DNA of 24,547 nucleotides. Origin: a virus (Duplodnaviria > Heunggongvirae > Uroviricota > Caudoviricetes). The notes beneath the pieces are model-generated. The model ran no database searches. It worked only from the letters and a program-made list of their open reading frames with translations, and was not told where the DNA came from. Numbering within the stretch: the first letter of the stretch is position 1; every line of letters begins with the position of its first letter. Made by a program: the position numbers and the translations under genes. Below are positions 1 through 8,853 of the stretch, piece after piece. The stretch lies in the IMG/VR virus record IMGVR_UViG_2706794689_000010; one strand, given 5' to 3'.

Positions 1-485
1 GCATTAAGTTCATCATGCTGTTGTTCAAGATTTCTTAGCGCCGCAGCCAGAGGGTCGATCTTGTCCAGCATTCTTTGAAAGGCCTGAGCCTGCGCTTCCT
101 GCTGGGCGGCAGCAAGTTTTCCGGCCTTCTCGGCTTCTCTCTGCGCTTGCGCAACCCCGCTCAATTCCTCTGTGGTTTCATTAAGTTTACGGACAAGAAA
201 TTCATATTCTTCTTTATCAATAAGCCCTTTATCGAAAAATTTCTTTAATTCAGAATAGCGTCGACCGACAGTATCAATTGCGGCACCAACTGGATCAATA
301 GCTGCTTTTAATTTTGCGAGCGCGTTCTTCTCATCTTCTGTTGCCTTAGTCACTTTCCCTGCGCTATTTGCAGCAGTTTCCCCAGCCTGCGTCATTTTGA
401 CTAATGAGGAGGTCAGATTGTCAGCATTATTTTTCGCTCCAGTGCTATCAATAATTATTGCGAGACGCGAGGTTTGCTCTGCCAT
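1..485 (-). CDS. tail tape measure protein, N-terminal part (gene continues past window start)
   Basis: Minus-strand ORF open from ATG at 485 (AGGAG about 10 nt upstream) to the window edge; translation begins [24 protein letters not shown] and is Ala/Gln-rich and coiled-coil-like; lies directly after the G/G-T chaperone pair, as lambda H does. Confidence 0.55.
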
Positions 486-502
486 TTATTAAAACTCCTG
501 AC

Positions 503-529
503 AACAAAAAACCCACCGCGAAGTGGGTT
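503..529 (-). terminator. rho-independent terminator between G-T and tape measure genes
   Basis: Stem acccac/gtgggt (511-516 / 523-528) with 6-nt loop, followed on the minus-strand transcript by a U-run (plus 504-510). Confidence 0.45.
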
Positions 530-650
530 TCAGGCGACATAATAGTAGATATAGCGATTACGAGGCCACGCAATGCTTTTCTCCAGGAGCATCATCGATT
601 TAATTAAAGACACCATCACATCTCTGTAACAGAGTGTACGTAATTAACAA

Positions 651-971
651 CTACACACACTGCTCCTGAAAATACTGGTCATCCAGTGCAAAGATCACTG
701 CTTCAAATTCATCGCGCTCAATCAATACCGGATGAGTGGCTAAATATTCATTTATCTCTGTCAGAGATAAAGGCAAAGGCACCCCAGCCATTCCAGCATA
801 ACGTCGGGCACGGGATATTACCGAATAGGCGTACAACAACTCCTTAAGCACCGGGTCTATTTCTGGTTCCGGTATCGGTGGCAACCTGAGTTTTTCTCGC
901 TTCCATCTTGCCTTTTCCCCCCTTTCTCCCCCGAACTCCGATAACCACCGCTGGGCAGCTATGGCTTTTTT
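651..971 (-). CDS. tail assembly chaperone G-T, -1 frameshift extension (T domain)
   Basis: The -1 frame relative to the G ORF stays open for about 105 codons downstream of the slippery heptamer A-AAA-AAG (minus strand, plus coords 965-971) at the 3' end of G; the extension reads ...PPIPEPEIDPVLKELLYAYSVISRARRYAG...; the track's 651..884 ORF is the part after an internal TTG. Confidence 0.5.
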   Translation of the reverse strand, partial: KKAIAAQRWLSEFGGERGEKARWKREKLRLPPIPEPEIDPVLKELLYAYSVISRARRYAGMAGVPLPLSLTEINEYLATHPVLIERDEFEAVIFALDDQYFQEQCV

Positions 972-1420
972 ATCGTATCCTGCTTCTGCTGCTCTTTACC
1001 CTGGGCGATGCTGGCTGCTTCTGCAAGGATCTGCCAGTACAACTCTGGATTCTGCTTAAGCAGCGCGATCCCTCGTTCTGCCGTATATTCCAGTGCAACC
1101 TCAACACCATTAACCAGTTCACCAACCCCTTTCCAGTCTTTCAGCAGATAACGAGCGGCATTATCAATGAGTAAATCATCAACAGAATCCACCTCGGAAA
1201 CCTTTGAAATATCAAACTCCTTCGTTCCGACGTGCAAACTGGCATCCATTTTCTCAATGTGGCGACGGATTAATGCATTACGGGAGCGATACTGATCGTT
1301 ATCGCTGCTTGCCACCAACAGTTTTAACCCGTCTACAGGTTTTAAGTCCTTCATTGGCGTAAACCAGCGTTCTCCACCAATGATAATTTTCTGATTAAGA
1401 ATAAACATCCATAACCTCAT
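959..1420 (-). CDS. tail assembly chaperone (gpG-like)
   Basis: 153-aa ORF; GGGGGA RBS 8 nt upstream of ATG at 1420; position between tail tube gene and tape measure; ends in slippery sequence AAAAAAG just before the stop. Confidence 0.55.
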   Translation of the reverse strand: MRLWMFILNQKIIIGGERWFTPMKDLKPVDGLKLLVASSDNDQYRSRNALIRRHIEKMDASLHVGTKEFDISKVSEVDSVDDLLIDNAARYLLKDWKGVGELVNGVEVALEYTAERGIALLKQNPELYWQILAEAASIAQGKEQQKQDTIKKP

Positions 1421-1530
1421 TCAATGCGTCCCCCTGTAGGGCAGTACCACAGGAGGAATAACGGAAAATCAACTAATCGCCTCAGCACTGGCTTTTGCGA
1501 TCACGGCAGCCGGGGAATTTTTTTTTCTGG

Positions 1531-2120
1531 TTATCGTAGGTGCTNNNNNNNNNNNNNNNNNNNNNNNNNNNNNNNNNNNNNNNNNNNNNNNNNNNNNNNN
1601 NNNNNNNNNNNNNNNNNNNNNNNNNNNNNNNNNNNNNNNNNNNNNNNNNNNNNNNNNNNNNNNNNNNNNNNNNNNNNNNNNNNNNNNNNNNNNNNNNNNN
1701 NNNNNNNNNNNNNNNNNNNNNNNNNNNNNNNNNNNNNNNNNNNNNNNNNNNNNNNNNNNNNNNNNNNNNNNNNNNNNNNNNNNNNNNNNNNNNNNNAAGG
1801 CGAGCCAGTCCCGATACAACGCTGTGTCTGGAGTTTGTTATCGAACTGAATATCAAAACTGTCGATACAAAAACCGTTACCTCCGGCAACACCATTCAGG
1901 CTTACTGCTGAAACCTCCTTAAACGAATAACGTAGCTTTCCTGCACTATCCACAGGTTCGCCTTTGATAAAATTCGTATCATCGGCCTTTGATTCCCAGT
2001 CCAGTCCGGCAAAGGTTACGGTCGCTGTAATATCGCCGTCGTTAGGGATCTGCATTTTCCATGAGCCAACCTGCGCTCCTCTGACGACAGAGGCAATTCC
2101 GACATCGGACGCATAGGTCG
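1531..2120 (-). CDS. putative major tail (tube) protein, partly N-masked (visible segment 1797-2120, C-terminus 1531-1544)
   Basis: Protein-like open frame ...TYASDVGIASVVRGAQVGSWKMQIPNDGDITATVTFAGLDWESKADDTNFIKGEPVDSAGKLRYSF...; position between tail-terminator-like gene and G chaperone. Start lies in masked block 2121-2371. Confidence 0.4.
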
Positions 2121-2371
2121 NNNNNNNNNNNNNNNNNNNNNNNNNNNNNNNNNNNNNNNNNNNNNNNNNNNNNNNNNNNNNNNNNNNNNNNNNNNNNNNN
2201 NNNNNNNNNNNNNNNNNNNNNNNNNNNNNNNNNNNNNNNNNNNNNNNNNNNNNNNNNNNNNNNNNNNNNNNNNNNNNNNNNNNNNNNNNNNNNNNNNNNN
2301 NNNNNNNNNNNNNNNNNNNNNNNNNNNNNNNNNNNNNNNNNNNNNNNNNNNNNNNNNNNNNNNNNNNNNNN

Positions 2372-2431
2372 CGTAGTGCCTGCAACCGTCTCCCGGATAA
2401 ATGCCGAGATAACCTTTGCACCTGAACTCAC
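2372..2431 (-). CDS. 5' end of a gene with strong RBS (AGGAGG, 5-nt spacer, GTG start); body hidden in N block
   Basis: Reads MSSGAKVISAFIRETVAGTT and then enters mask 2121-2371; frame differs from the visible tail-tube segment, so either a separate small gene or the tail protein start with an unseen frame change. Confidence 0.3.
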
Positions 2432-2457
2432 AGGAGCCTCCTATGTCATTAATTGCG

Positions 2458-2850
2458 CTAGAGCGCGCGATATGGAATTTGAAGATTAAGCTGGAACCAG
2501 CCATTCTTTTCGCCAACGGCTATTGAGGAAACAGCCTGGTAACTGAGACGATCGTCATCCTGAAACTCAAACAGTTCCCGCAATTTATCGGCTGTCTCAG
2601 TAATGAGTTTTGAACCAGAACCTGCGGGGACAAATAACTGAATAATGATTATCCCCGTGCGATAAACAACCGGCCCCGCGCCAATTTCATTAACTCCAGC
2701 CTGCCCGGGAATATTACTTAACCGCGCCCAGATTAACTTACCGGAAGGATCGAACGTTGGCCCGTTCGGATACAATACGTCTTTTCCATCAATAATCGTC
2801 TGTGCCGTCATTCTGGAAATAACCGTATTTCTGATTTCAGTAAACTTCAT
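2458..2850 (-). CDS. tail terminator / tail component protein
   Basis: 130-aa ORF MKFTEIRNTVISRMTAQTIIDGKDVLYPNGPTFDPSGKL...; overlaps upstream gene by 4 nt (translational coupling); position in neck/tail module. Confidence 0.5.
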   Translation of the reverse strand: MKFTEIRNTVISRMTAQTIIDGKDVLYPNGPTFDPSGKLIWARLSNIPGQAGVNEIGAGPVVYRTGIIIIQLFVPAGSGSKLITETADKLRELFEFQDDDRLSYQAVSSIAVGEKNGWFQLNLQIPYRAL

Positions 2851-3227
2851 TTGTAAGCCTGTAAAACACCATGAAAAGCGTTGGCATACACGCCAGTTGG
2901 CGCTTGTTGTGAATGACCGTTTTCAAGAGCCTCTGCATAAGGAAGGTTATTCTGGATATAAATAACCCCGTAATTTGCAGCTTTCGAAATAACCCCGATC
3001 CCACGCTGAACAGCAATCGTACCGTTCGGATCCACGTTATCAGATATACCAAAATCGGGATGCTGTAACGACACCAGGTTGTTATTTCTGAAACGTCCGG
3101 TATCAACCGGAGCAGCAATATCAATAGCAGTAAGAATCTGCATAGCGATGTAGCGAATCTTCAGCCCTACATCTTCCTCAATCATCCCGGCAAATATTGA
3201 CGGTTCTATATCCCATGCCTTTGCCAT
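2847..3227 (-). CDS. HK97 gp10-like head-tail joining protein
   Basis: 126 aa; C-terminal NNLPYAEALENGHSQQAPTGV resembles the HK97 gp10 family signature; tightly packed with neighbours. Confidence 0.5.
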   Translation of the reverse strand: MAKAWDIEPSIFAGMIEEDVGLKIRYIAMQILTAIDIAAPVDTGRFRNNNLVSLQHPDFGISDNVDPNGTIAVQRGIGVISKAANYGVIYIQNNLPYAEALENGHSQQAPTGVYANAFHGVLQAYK

Positions 3228-3611
3228 TTACGCTCTCCTTAACTGGATAGAGTAAACTGATGCGGAAGGATCTACACTTGCTGTAATTACCTCGTATCGT
3301 TGTAACTGCCTTGATACAGGATCATAAATCTCAATAATATGGTCGACAGCTGGTTTATCCGTAACCTCGCATACCAGAGCGGTTAATTTAAGGTCACCAT
3401 GCAAAATATTAATCCCATCAATTCTGCCCAGCTTATAACGTGTCAACACGCCTCGCCCGGTATAGATTGCGGTTGATTCGCCGCCAGTTTCCGTCACAGG
3501 ATCCCAGTGCCGGTGCGTAACGTAAGAACCAGAAAAATCACTCACGGCGTCCGCTAAATCCTCATCAAAAGCAGCGGCAACCTCTGACTGAATCTCTTCA
3601 CGAAGCCCCAT
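3228..3611 (-). CDS. head closure / head-tail connector protein
   Basis: 127-aa ORF directly abutting neighbours (stop/start overlap at 3611); position between connector and gp10-like gene. Confidence 0.45.
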   Translation of the reverse strand: MGLREEIQSEVAAAFDEDLADAVSDFSGSYVTHRHWDPVTETGGESTAIYTGRGVLTRYKLGRIDGINILHGDLKLTALVCEVTDKPAVDHIIEIYDPVSRQLQRYEVITASVDPSASVYSIQLRRA

Positions 3612-4006
3612 TATCCCCCCCTCACAACCCTGACTTGTGAGCGACTAAGTCCGTACGGTTTCAGCAGTGCTATCGCAAGCTGTAAATCGGGTTCAAGCAA
3701 TGCAGTGCTGTTTGCTGGCAACTCAGAAAATGATTTCGATACACTGACCCCGTCAGCCGACACGGCTTTACTGATAACAACGCCAGAATCATTTTTCTGC
3801 TGAAACAACTTACCGAATGAGGCAATTCTGGCTGCATATGCTCCCGCAAGTTTTACCTCTTCCGGAATACGGGATGGGTTAATTTTCAGGTTGAAGCCAT
3901 TAAGCCAGGCATTAGCCATTAAAACAGCTTTATTTTTAGCGTTCTCACTCGTCCAGGCGTTCCCAAACGCATTATCAACGTCATCACAGGTCACGTAAGT
4001 GATCAT
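3611..4006 (-). CDS. head-tail adaptor (connector) protein
   Basis: 131-aa ORF MITYVTCDDVDNAFGNAWTSENAKNKAV...; first gene after capsid and small ORF; typical adaptor position. Confidence 0.45.
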   Translation of the reverse strand: MITYVTCDDVDNAFGNAWTSENAKNKAVLMANAWLNGFNLKINPSRIPEEVKLAGAYAARIASFGKLFQQKNDSGVVISKAVSADGVSVSKSFSELPANSTALLEPDLQLAIALLKPYGLSRSQVRVVRGG

Positions 4007-4009
4007 GTG

Positions 4010-4186
4010 TTACTCCTGAGTTTTCCAGCCCATAGCCTTCCAGTTGTCAACTTCATCAGGATGAACATTAGCGATAGTTGGTGCGCCGGGAAACATCTGA
4101 TAATCGGTCACCATAACCACTAACTCAATTTGCGTTTTTTGTGCGGCTTCACGCTGTGCTCTTTGCTCTTTAGTTAATCCGGCCAT
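4010..4186 (-). CDS. small head-module protein (58 aa), unknown function
   Basis: ORF MAGLTKEQRAQREAAQKTQIELVVMVTDYQMFPGAPTIANVHPDEVDNWKAMGWKTQE fills the gap between capsid terminator and adaptor gene; G-rich RBS with a short spacer; below the 60-aa cutoff of the ORF track. Confidence 0.35.
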   Translation of the reverse strand: MAGLTKEQRAQREAAQKTQIELVVMVTDYQMFPGAPTIANVHPDEVDNWKAMGWKTQE

Positions 4187-4196
4187 ATGCCCCCCA

Positions 4197-4218
4197 TTAA
4201 AAATGGGGCCGAAGCCCC
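4197..4218 (-). terminator. rho-independent terminator after major capsid gene (UUCG tetraloop)
   Basis: Minus-strand transcript: ggggc-uucg-gcccc followed by auuuuua; lies between capsid stop (4229) and the next start (4186). Confidence 0.5.
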
Positions 4219-4228
4219 GTTTGAATGT

Positions 4229-5367
4229 TTAACCAAGAATCAGACAACCATGTGCCGGCTTCACTGATGAAACACCCCATGCCAGTCCAACTTCATAGCG
4301 CACCTGGCGATACTGACGATACAGTGCAATCTGGAACGTAATCCCTGAAATCGGGTCCGTAACATTCATTACATCATCAGCATTATCGCCACCTTCCGGC
4401 ATTGCCGGAGTACGGGATGCCAGCAGAAACGCGTTGCGATCAAACGCCATATTTGCAGTAAAGGCCCCAACAACTGTGATGGCAGTATCATCGGCCAGAT
4501 CCTGACGCAGTCCGGGCGCTGCAAGAGTAATCAGATTGCTGGTCGCTGCTGCCACAACATACTGATTCGGATCACCAGCGAACGTAACAATCTGACCTGC
4601 AGAAATACTCCCCGAACCAGTATCAATGGAAATAAGAACATCGCCTTCTTTTTTCTCTCCATTCACGAGATAACCAGTTGCAGCAACCTTTGGCGCTCGT
4701 TTCACACCTGCCGAACTGTGAATATTGAATCCCTCCAGACGCCCCAACACGCCCTCACGCAGTAGCTGTTCAGTGCCGGATTCATTCACTTTAAACAATA
4801 CAGACTGTTTTCCGCGCAAATTAGCAATGGCAGTGGAGCCAAGCACCATCTGCAGATCGGTTGTCGGTGCGCCGTTATCCTCCAGAACCTGACGAGCCAG
4901 AGCAGCATCAGAAAGATCATCTTTAACACCAAACGGCGTTGTCCCTGCGGTTCCCACGGCGCGGGAAGCACCGAAATACAACGCACCAAGATCAGCCTCA
5001 ACCTCGTTTGCAAGGGCGCGAAAAGCCTGCTTGAACTGATCAGCCAGAATGGTGTTGTAAGTCCCTGAAGGGCCAAGAGCCAGTTGTTCTTCACCATTCC
5101 ATTTAACCGGTGCCATTTTGGATTTAGTAATTTTTACATCAACAGTGCCAATATTTTGATCACCGGTATTCGGAGCTGACGGCCCCGGTACGATATCTTC
5201 GGTTTTCGCCTCAGGCGCAACTGGCGCGGTTACCGTCTGATCTTTTGCTGCGGCGTCAGCTTTTGCGTTTTTTGCTACCGCAGGGATAAAACCTACCTGC
5301 TCACGGGATACAACATCCAGGGCGGTATAAATAGTCGGGATCAACCCGGTCAGGGTATTTCCAGCCA
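4229..5367 (-). CDS. major capsid protein
   Basis: 379 aa from ATG at 5367 (AAGGAA 9 nt upstream), MAGNTLTGLIPTIYTALDVVSREQVGF...; the track's longer ORF (to 5461) has no RBS; strong terminator immediately downstream; sits after the scaffold-like gene. Confidence 0.7.
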
Positions 5368-5466
5368 TAATTAAATATTCCTTAAAAATTTGCGTAATTG
5401 TGAATAGATGGAGTAATGAGCTATCCAGCCCTGACACCAGCTCCCATCCGGAAGCTGACAAATGTG

Positions 5467-6011
5467 TTAATCAACGATTGTGATACCGTCTTTCAATGCG
5501 TTTTGCTTACCTGCAACATCCAGTGCATCAAAAGCAGAGCGTTTCATCGTTTTCTGACCAATATCATGCTGTGTCGGACGGGAGCCGCCGCCATTGTTGC
5601 CACTGGCTTTCAGGATGTAGTCTTTCTGAGGGTAATTTTCGACAAGGAACTCCAGCGCCTCATCAAACTGCGCCAGTTCGCCAGGCTTCGCGCGGGAATA
5701 AATTTTGTTGCCGGAAGCGTCATAAGCAACGATCCTCCCTTCTTCCACTTTGAATGCCTGCCCGAAGCGGGCTTGTAATAAATCTGCCGGAATCGCAATT
5801 TTATCGGCAATATATTTTGAACCCGCAAAACTACCGCCAATCATAGAATCGTAAAGCTGCTTCTCCAGCATCTGAGAGCGTTGCTTTTCTTCATCTAATT
5901 GCTGCTGAAAATTTTTCGTAATTTCTGCCTTAACCTGGTCAACCTGTCCCGCATCGAGCAGCTTTTTCTGGTCGATTTTTGACAGCATTTCCAGTGCCTC
6001 GATCGCCTTCT
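5467..6011 (-). CDS. putative scaffolding protein (N-terminus hidden in N block 6012-6285)
   Basis: Visible 181 aa are charged and coiled-coil-like (KAIEALEMLSKIDQKKLLDAGQVDQVKAEITKNFQQQLDEEKQRSQMLEKQLYD...); position between Mu-F-like gene and major capsid gene. Confidence 0.45.
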
Positions 6012-6301
6012 NNNNNNNNNNNNNNNNNNNNNNNNNNNNNNNNNNNNNNNNNNNNNNNNNNNNNNNNNNNNNNNNNNNNNNNNNNNNNNNNNNNNNNNNN
6101 NNNNNNNNNNNNNNNNNNNNNNNNNNNNNNNNNNNNNNNNNNNNNNNNNNNNNNNNNNNNNNNNNNNNNNNNNNNNNNNNNNNNNNNNNNNNNNNNNNNN
6201 NNNNNNNNNNNNNNNNNNNNNNNNNNNNNNNNNNNNNNNNNNNNNNNNNNNNNNNNNNNNNNNNNNNNNNNNNNNNNNNNNNNNNCCATCCGGATCGCAG
6301 C

Positions 6302-6329
6302 AATAAAAAAGGCCACCCGAAGGTAGCCT
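6302..6329 (-). terminator. rho-independent terminator (UUCG tetraloop) between Mu-F-like and scaffold genes
   Basis: Minus-strand transcript: aggcuacc-uucg-gguggccu (8-bp stem with one G-U pair) followed by uuuuuuauu. Confidence 0.5.
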
Positions 6330-6348
6330 GTTGTAATAAATGATTTAT

Positions 6349-7464
6349 TTAAATCCCTGCTTTTCTGAATACCTGTGCATCACGCTCACGGAGCTGCTTC
6401 AGCGTCAGCCATTCGCCTTTATCGGTGTAAAATTCATCTGGCGACATACCACCATCCCGAATCAGCTTTGCTCGGCTTTCCCCCACAATCTGTTTTTGTC
6501 TGGTGTAAGGCTGACGCAAAAACCATTCCCTGTAGGTTGTATCTCCGGCCACCACGCCATCCATGCTGGCCCGCTCAGCCGGGGAAATATCGCGAACATC
6601 AATACCCAGTTCCTTCGCTGATTTCAGAATGAACGTTTCCGTTGAGCGGCAGCAGAAATGAATTTTTCCCGGCCCCTGCAAATAAGGCACGCTGTGACCT
6701 ACAGGTTTATTATTCAGCGTATATTTGAGGCGATCCCTGATTCGACATTGTGGCGTAGTACGATTATCAAGCGTTGATAACCATTGCTTACCCTTAATCA
6801 AATCATTATTCGCGCTGGCAAAACTCTCACGGGCAGTAGCAGCAAGATGTCCAACCGCTGTTTTTGCAATGCTGGCCGCATTAGCCCGGCTCATCTGCAA
6901 TGCACCATCCTGAAATCCCTTACTGACATGTCCCCGAATTTTTCTTGCGATCTGCTCATTGGTATCCCCCAGCAAAAAACCCTGACGCACTGTATTTGTT
7001 ATGCGTCTGAGCCGATCCGCCTCAAGATCTGAGGCCCACTCACTGAGCAGTCGTCCCTGGAATGGTCGCGCCATTGCAGCGGCATAAAGTGCATCAGGAG
7101 AGATACCAACCAGAGGGTGAACATCAGCAACAAAATCAGGTAGCATAGAATCAAACAGACTTAACTGATAACCAGCCTCATAAATTGCCAGCTCGTTCAG
7201 CTCTCCGGAGAGACTGGTAAACATGCTGTTAATAGCAGTGCGGTTAACCTCTCTGACGCTCGCCAGAAGTGACTCCAGGCGCTTAACGGTAAAACTACCT
7301 GGATCGAGGCTGTCCAGTGCTATCAGCAGGCGAGCAGTAAGTTCCGCATCGCTGTCATTCAGTATTTTCACCATTCTGGCAGCCACGCCAGTGCTATAGC
7401 GGGATATCCAGACTGCATGAGCAATTGATTCATCACGCAGCCGTTCATTCACGGTTTGCATCAT
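6349..7464 (-). CDS. phage Mu F-like minor head (head morphogenesis) protein
   Basis: 371 aa; contains STLDNRTTPQCRIRDRLKY, typical of the Mu gpF / SPP1 gp7 family; directly follows the portal gene with a 20-nt overlap. Confidence 0.75.
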   Translation of the reverse strand: MMQTVNERLRDESIAHAVWISRYSTGVAARMVKILNDSDAELTARLLIALDSLDPGSFTVKRLESLLASVREVNRTAINSMFTSLSGELNELAIYEAGYQLSLFDSMLPDFVADVHPLVGISPDALYAAAMARPFQGRLLSEWASDLEADRLRRITNTVRQGFLLGDTNEQIARKIRGHVSKGFQDGALQMSRANAASIAKTAVGHLAATARESFASANNDLIKGKQWLSTLDNRTTPQCRIRDRLKYTLNNKPVGHSVPYLQGPGKIHFCCRSTETFILKSAKELGIDVRDISPAERASMDGVVAGDTTYREWFLRQPYTRQKQIVGESRAKLIRDGGMSPDEFYTDKGEWLTLKQLRERDAQVFRKAGI

Positions 7465-8851
7465 TGATTTCCATCAGCATTACACTCTGATTTTTTAATT
7501 CATCGATCACTTCCTCTGGACGGGAATCCTGATCGATAAATTTCAACGCCTGCAACACCCGAACCGCATCAATCTGACGTATATCACCGCCCTGACGCAA
7601 TGACTGAACAGCCAGCGCGGAGGATGAGTCAAACACCTGGGCAGATACATCCAGTTCAGTGCGCACATCCACATTGCCACCGCAACTCTCTCCGATCCAT
7701 TCCGCCATTATCTGGAGAATATTATCGAGGGCATCTTCGAGGGAGTTCGCCATTGTATAAAGCGGCGAGTTTTCCTGCATTCGCTCTTCATTAGTCTGAT
7801 CAACAGATTTGGTGGATGTATTTTCAGCACGCAGAAGTTTAGCGCCGGCATGACGCATCTGATTTTCCAGCTTCTCAAGTGATGTTTCGCCAGATTCTAT
7901 CGCTGCGCCACTATGTTCAACATATTCGAGGCCATTTTTTGTTCTGTCCTCAAAAATCGTAGCGGTGGATGCACCAACCGTCAGTTCTTCATTCCTGTCC
8001 AGCCCGTAGGCCACCAGCAATGGAACGCGGGCAACATGAAGAATATTGTCCTGCTCGCTCTGGCTTTGCCAGTGCTTGATATTCAGCAAGCCAAGATTAA
8101 GCAATGGCGGTGTACCACGCATAAATCCTGTTTTCTTCGTGTACAGTGTTACCAGAGGAATATCATCACGGCTGGTATTCCATGACTCATGAAGCGTCCA
8201 GACAGATTCGCCATTAGTGCCTTCGCTACGTCGATAAATTTCAACTCGACGGGGCATAATATGGCGGATCTGCTCCACCTTCTTCTGCCCGAAATCATCA
8301 CCATCAATAATGATGACCTCTTTTATACGCAAATCAGTGAGAACAACTTTCCCTTTTTCAACTTTCGATTTCCATCCAATAACCTGGCGTGGATTCAGCA
8401 TCGTAACGTACGGACGACCACCGGTCGCGTTTTCATCGGCTTTTGTCCGAATCTCTTTCATATCCGTTCGTGGATAGTCCACCAGCGCATGTGCCACACC
8501 ATACTGAAATGCGAGGCTGAAAAATTGCTGCGCCCACACATCCAGTCGGCTCCCCTCCATGTCGATATTTTCTGCATATTCCCTGATTTTTGCCGGCGTT
8601 TCCTCACTCAATACTGTCGGCTCTGCAAATATGCGCCCAATATTTTGCTTGATGCTTTCTTCATACACAGGAAGTAGCGTAGCCACAGACAGGCGTTTTT
8701 TATAAGCGTCTTCATCTTCGTTAGGCCATTTTGGGAGATAATTTTCCCCCTGCCTGCGCATTTCAAGCGTACCGCCCATCAGTGCGTCGTTAATATCCCA
8801 CGCCTCCAGCATATCGTTATAGTCGAGGTTGGGTGTTGATATATCAGCCAT
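7445..8851 (-). CDS. portal protein
   Basis: 468 aa, acidic; starts 3 nt after the TerL stop; size and position (TerL - portal - MuF) are canonical. Confidence 0.75.
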   Translation of the reverse strand: MADISTPNLDYNDMLEAWDINDALMGGTLEMRRQGENYLPKWPNEDEDAYKKRLSVATLLPVYEESIKQNIGRIFAEPTVLSEETPAKIREYAENIDMEGSRLDVWAQQFFSLAFQYGVAHALVDYPRTDMKEIRTKADENATGGRPYVTMLNPRQVIGWKSKVEKGKVVLTDLRIKEVIIIDGDDFGQKKVEQIRHIMPRRVEIYRRSEGTNGESVWTLHESWNTSRDDIPLVTLYTKKTGFMRGTPPLLNLGLLNIKHWQSQSEQDNILHVARVPLLVAYGLDRNEELTVGASTATIFEDRTKNGLEYVEHSGAAIESGETSLEKLENQMRHAGAKLLRAENTSTKSVDQTNEERMQENSPLYTMANSLEDALDNILQIMAEWIGESCGGNVDVRTELDVSAQVFDSSSALAVQSLRQGGDIRQIDAVRVLQALKFIDQDSRPEEVIDELKNQSVMLMEINDANRE

Positions 8852-8853
8852 AA

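Noticed and set aside
1424-2516. Several long ORFs in the track on both strands that consist mostly of X residues across the N blocks 1545-1796 and 2121-2371
   Set aside because: They exist only because N runs contain no stop codons; only the visible, protein-like segments were used.
5368-5461. N-terminal extension of the capsid ORF (MSASGWELVSGLDSS...)
   Set aside because: No RBS; the ATG at 5367 has AAGGAA upstream and yields a typical capsid N-terminus.
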